This document shows, piece by piece, positions 59,150-64,000 of a DNA stretch of 64,000 nt. The notes beneath the pieces are model-generated. The model was not told where the DNA came from, searched no databases, and worked only from the letters and a program-made list of their open reading frames with translations. The position numbers and the translations under genes were made by a program. The DNA is from Convolutriloba macropyga (lineage: Eukaryota): positions 13,020,001 to 13,084,000 of the forward strand of contig NC_134470.1 of the NCBI RefSeq assembly GCF_964194025.1. Reading direction: 5' to 3'. Position 1 is the first letter of the stretch. Every line of letters starts with the position of its first letter.

Positions 59150-62100
59150 CTTTCTGGGGTCGTTTGAGTGTTAAAAATGGCTGCTACAGTTGGGCTAGAA
59201 ACGGCTGCTAGTTAGGCAAAATTTGAAATGCTTGCAACGTTTTAATGAGCAAATTCTTCCTTACTTCTGTTTTATTAAATAGTTTCATATTAAATGAATA
59301 TGCTTGGGGCTGACGCTGGTCAACCCCCGAAACTCTGTGCTGGATGCAATTGCACAATGGAGCAGTGCTCAACTTTATGCATGTGGTGTGCTTCTGCTGG
59401 TTTGTGCAAGGAATGTGACCCTTTTACAGATTACATACTTCAATGTGGTTCCGTGCAATGGTCATCCGAAGAGTGTTCTGGGGTAACTCCTACTCGTATT
59501 TTATCTCAACTGAATGCCAAATTGAATAAACTGAACAAAATTGAATCCGATGTTAGTGAAATTAAGGAGAGTATCACGAATACGCAAGATGATAATATTT
59601 TCAATGAACCAAGTGCTGCAGAAACAGCCAAACTGTTAGTCAATCCCATAAATCGACCTACGTATGCGCAAAAAGTTGTGGGACCGAACCCCCCACGACC
59701 ATATTTCAATTTTCAAAATTGCAAGGACGGTCATTTTTCGGTGTCGAGTGATAAATCGAAAAAACGGAAACGATCAGTTAACGAAATTGCCATAGTTCAG
59801 GGAAGCAAAACGAATGCTAGTTTTCAAGGAGTTCAACCAAAACCAAGACTTCCGCCAAGAAGACATTACTTTATCAGTAGAGTACCGCAATCCATTGATA
59901 CCGCATCACTTCTTGATTATTGTAACGAGCAAAACATGAAACCTTTGGCATGCAGAGAACTACCTAGCAGGAACAGGCAGCTTAAATCTTTCCATGTCGT
60001 TTTCCCCGAAGACACGACAGAACTTGTTGAGAGCACTGAAACTTGGCCGGCAAACATAATATTAAGACGGTATTTTCTAAATGAAGAAGCGCGAAACTGG
60101 CTGAAGACATTAAATTCTGAGTCTAGCAGCCAGCCGCAGGTGAATTGACTACAACAACATTGCTTACGCGTAATATTATGAAATGCACGGTCAATTTGCA
60201 ATAAAATAGATTTCATTGAGCCTTATTTATTAGCGCATGATGTCTCTTTATTCGCCATTACCGAAGCATGGATATTCGATTTTACCCAACACTGTGTTGA
60301 TTTAATAGCTGGCTCTAATTATTCTGTTTTTAATGTTAACCGTAAAAGCTGCCGCGGAGGTGGTGTTGCTCTATTATTTAAAAGTAAATTCAAAGGAAAG
60401 CTTCTTTTTGAACTTGTGCTACCGTGCTTGGAGTGCCTAGGAGATGAAATTATTCTCTATCGCCAAAAGACTCTCGTTATAGTTGGATACAGACCACCAT
60501 CAGGTTCCGTCAATTATTTCTTGGAGGAGCTATCCAGTTTACTGTCTGAAAATACTACGATGTATTCAAATGTTGTAATTATGGGAGATTTTAATATTGC
60601 TTTGAATAAAATTGGACCCCATCAGTTGAAGTTTACGTACCTTATGGAAGAGCATGGTTTAGTATCTGTTCACGGTGAAGCAACGACGAGAAAGGGCAAT
60701 TTACTTGATTTGGTTTTGATGAACAAAGATGTCTCTTTTGACCTGATTATAGATAAAACAATGCCCTCTGACCATTACGCTATTACTTTTAACATGGTAA
60801 TTGAAAAAGTTACATGCGAGAAGATTCCTCGCGAACGTTATGTATGGAAATCGGTAAATCACTTTCAGTTCACTGAAAGCTATATGCTATTATTTGACGA
60901 AATCATTTCGCTGGAAATGATTCAGAACAATTCTATTGAATTCATTTCGCTGGAAATGATTTCGGAAGAAGTATTTAATATTGTAAATAAACTTTATGAT
61001 TGCTTCTACTTAAGTGCCATTTCGGTCAGAGATAAGCTAGTGCCCTTCAAAAGGTTTATTGTGCTGTCAAATCGACCTCGATATTTTGATGATGAATGCA
61101 TTAAAGCAAAATATTTGAAGCGTAAACTTGAGAGAGCCTGGAGAAAAATGCGATCAACTGACAGTGAGGTCAGATTACAATCACATCTATGCGATTATAG
61201 GGAACTTCTGAAATTGAAGCGAGACAATTATTTATCTCAACAGTTGTCGGAAAAGTCTAGCAAGCTGAGGTTTCTTACTTTCGACGAATTGTTCAGAAGA
61301 AAAATTTATAAGTTACCTAAGAACGAAAATCCAACTACCTTAGCACACAGATTTTGTAATTTCTTCAGAGAAAAAGTTAGTACTCTCATGCAGAACTTTG
61401 ATAACACAACGCTCGAAATAGAGGCAACATGCAAATCCAGTTTTTTTTCCTTTATGTTGGTGAGTAGTTCGGATTTACGCCTAACGTTGAACAAAATATC
61501 GAATTCCACTGCACCTCATGATATCATTCCCACGCACGTCCTTAAAGTTATCATCAACTGCTACGTCGAGTCTTTTACTGACCTCATAAATTCTATTTTG
61601 TTAACGGGCGTGTTTCCATCTTCGCTGAAACAAGGAATCATAATTCCTCTCCATAAAAAAACGACGATGATGAAATTGAAAATTATAGACCTGTTACAAA
61701 TATTAGAACAATGTCAAAAATAGTCGAAAAGTGTGTCCTTCAGCAAATGGTTGATTACTTCGACAGGAATGGATTGTGGCCGCCGCTACAGTCTGCTTAT
61801 CGTCAGCATCATTCAACTGAAACAGCAATAGTTTATTGCCTTGAGAGAGTGACTGAAATTTTGGCAAGAAAGAAGCTAGCACTTCTGATATCTCTTGATT
61901 TGACATCTGCTTTTGATACAGTCAATTTTAATGTGTTACTCAAAATATTACAAAATAAACTTGACTTTGAAGGATCTGTATTACGATTTTTTGAAAATTA
62001 CTTGAAAAACCGCAATTCGCGAGTCACTGTTGAGAATGAGCTCTCAGATTACTTTTACAATGAAGCCGGAGTTCCACAGGGCTCGATTTTGGGACCAGTG

Positions 62101-63007
62101 TTGTTCTCATTTTACTTGACCCCACTGTATGAGTTTTTAAATGCAACTGGCGTAATTTACCACTTCTATGCAGACGACAGTCAATTTATTTTGGAATTAG
62201 ATTACAGTTTTACGTCCATAAGTTTCATTTTGAAACAAATAATTGATGTTATGTGCAAGTTGAAGTTAGTGAATAACAGTAGCAAAACTGATCTGATTGT
62301 TTTCTGCAATTGCAATTCTAATATTCCGTCCATTGATTCCTCTACTTTACTGGGGATTGAGTTACCATTGAGAAGCTCGATAAACTTATTAGCTTTTTCT
62401 TTAGACTGCAAGCTGACTTTTATAAATCAGGTGAACCGCGTCTGTAGGCAGTGTTATATACAACTACGGAAATTCTATTCAATTCGAAAGTTTTTGGGCG
62501 AAAAGCAAAGGAAAGAACTGGTATCCTGTTTTGTTCATTCTAGCCTGGATTATTGTAACGTTGTATACCTTCGGTTAAGTAAGAAACTTATCAGAAAACT
62601 TCAAAAAATTCAAAATTTGGCTGCAAAGTTTGTATTGGGTTATTCACGGAACGTCTCAGCAAAACTTTTACTCAAAAAGTTACACTGTTTGCCTATTGAG
62701 TAACGGATTCTTTTCAAATTGTTAGCACTCATGTTTAAAGTTAATCGATCGATGGCCCCTATCTATATAGAGAAATTATTTCAACGGAATACAACCTCTG
62801 CTCGGCCCTCACGTCAGAAACTGTTTCGAATCCCAAGATGCTCGTCAGATGCCATGAGAAAAAGCTTCAGTTTTCAAGGTGCTAAAAGATGGAATGAGCT
62901 ACCTGATTATATACGAAACGCAAAAACCTTTGAAGAGTTCAAGAAGCTGCTGAAAACATACTTATTCTGTCAAGCCTTTTGATTATCGACAACCACTTTT
63001 GGGTCTG
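59150..63007 (+). mobile_element. Near full-length CR1/L2-group LINE (LINE-C); ORF2 60149-62982 with a few stops and one frameshift
   Basis: APE: NARS, AITEAW, GGGVA, GYRPP, MGDFN, LLDLV, SDH; RT: QSAYR, DLTSAFD, GVPQGSILGP, FYADD; C-terminal FKKLLKTYLF. Confidence 0.92.
59294..60148 (+). CDS. LINE ORF1 (Cys-rich PHD-like finger, coiled coil, RRM-like domain), intact, 284 aa
   Basis: CAGCNC...CMWC...CKEC; LNAKLNKLNKIE; YFISRV...KSFHVVF...WPANI. Confidence 0.8.
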   Translation: MNMLGADAGQPPKLCAGCNCTMEQCSTLCMWCASAGLCKECDPFTDYILQCGSVQWSSEECSGVTPTRILSQLNAKLNKLNKIESDVSEIKESITNTQDDNIFNEPSAAETAKLLVNPINRPTYAQKVVGPNPPRPYFNFQNCKDGHFSVSSDKSKKRKRSVNEIAIVQGSKTNASFQGVQPKPRLPPRRHYFISRVPQSIDTASLLDYCNEQNMKPLACRELPSRNRQLKSFHVVFPEDTTELVESTETWPANIILRRYFLNEEARNWLKTLNSESSSQPQVN

Positions 63008-63527
63008 NNNNNNNNNNNNNNNNNNNNNNNNNNNNNNNNNNNNNNNNNNNNNNNNNNNNNNNNNNNNNNNNNNNNNNNNNNNNNNNNNNNNNNNNNNNNN
63101 NNNNNNNNNNNNNNNNNNNNNNNNNNNNNNNNNNNNNNNNNNNNNNNNNNNNNNNNNNNNNNNNNNNNNNNNNNNNNNNNNNNNNNNNNNNNNNNNNNNN
63201 NNNNNNNNNNNNNNNNNNNNNNNNNNNNNNNNNNNNNNNNNNNNNNNNNNNNNNNNNNNNNNNNNNNNNNNNNNNNNNNNNNNNNNNNNNNNNNNNNNNN
63301 NNNNNNNNNNNNNNNNNNNNNNNNNNNNNNNNNNNNNNNNNNNNNNNNNNNNNNNNNNNNNNNNNNNNNNNNNNNNNNNNNNNNNNNNNNNNNNNNNNNN
63401 NNNNNNNNNNNNNNNNNNNNNNNNNNNNNNNNNNNNNNNNNNNNNNNNNNNNNNNNNNNNNNNNNNNNNNNNNNNNNNNNNNNNNNNNNNNNNNNNNNNN
63501 NNNNNNNNNNNNNNNNNNNNNNNNNNN
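63008..63527. other. Assembly gap
   Basis: Run of N. Confidence 1.
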
Positions 63528-64000
63528 TGGTAAGATGGGCTGTCTTCGGGGCATTGGACATTAAAGGGGCTCTCAATCTCAATACAAAGCGACATAAATA
63601 ATTGATTGTCATCAGGGGCAGCCATAGAAACGTAACGAATTCATCTTATAAACCGATTACAAGAGATTTAAGTGATGACGTGCATCAAGAGGAGGCATGA
63701 CTGGACAGGCAAAGACAAACTCAACGCTGAGGAAATGTTCAAGATTTGGAGCACCAAATGGCACCAGGATACAGCGAGAAATGCCTCGCTTTTAGAACCA
63801 CGGAACAGCAAAAAGCTTTAGTCAAGTACCAGCACCTTGAGACAGGAAGTTTAAAAAAAGGAAACAAACGAAAAAGATTGATTTTGTCATCGTGGCAAAA
63901 GAGAAAAGAAGCTCGACATTCTATAAAATAAAAAATATATTCAAATACCGGGGAACTCGGATTGGCATTATAAATTTGCCATTGGGAATTGAAAGCAGCT

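Noticed and set aside
60179-60181. TGA at an expected Trp as evidence of an alternative genetic code
   Set aside because: SPOUT1 and SNX14 terminate at TGA and use TGG for Trp; a point mutation in a dead LINE is simpler.

Overview
AT-rich eukaryotic (animal-like, taxon not determinable with confidence) genomic DNA with two assembly gaps. It has four host protein genes, all on the + strand. These are an intronless SPOUT1-type methyltransferase (350-1405), a two-exon SNX14-type sorting nexin (1867-13965), a three-exon SMYD-family lysine methyltransferase (21580-29093) and a His-rich class I SAM methyltransferase whose first two exons (35493-35908, 58806-59051) are separated by a ~23-kb intron. 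The introns are packed with LINEs, MITEs, a Tc1/mariner remnant and one tRNA-Val(AAC) gene. The main discovery candidate lies in the 23-kb intron: a decayed ~16-kb Ty3/Gypsy-type element on the minus strand (~36200-52321) with complex-retrovirus-like organisation. It has one LTR, a PBS, gag, a tandem -1 slippery site, and pol carrying a TARG1/OARD1-like macrodomain between protease and RT. It also has an apparently spliced antisense gene, an ORF of tandem repeated domains, a chuvirus-G/herpes-gB-like (class III) envelope gene, a further 3' ORF, and splice signals suggesting subgenomic mRNAs. Other notable signals: two divergent CR1/L2-type LINEs both join ORF1 to an AUG-less ORF2 in frame through a single UGA-C (candidate stop readthrough); SMYD has a probable non-canonical GG 5' splice site; and a 2.87-kb tandem duplication copies the SNX14 exon-2 acceptor. 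Family assignments come from motif recognition by eye; no searches were run.
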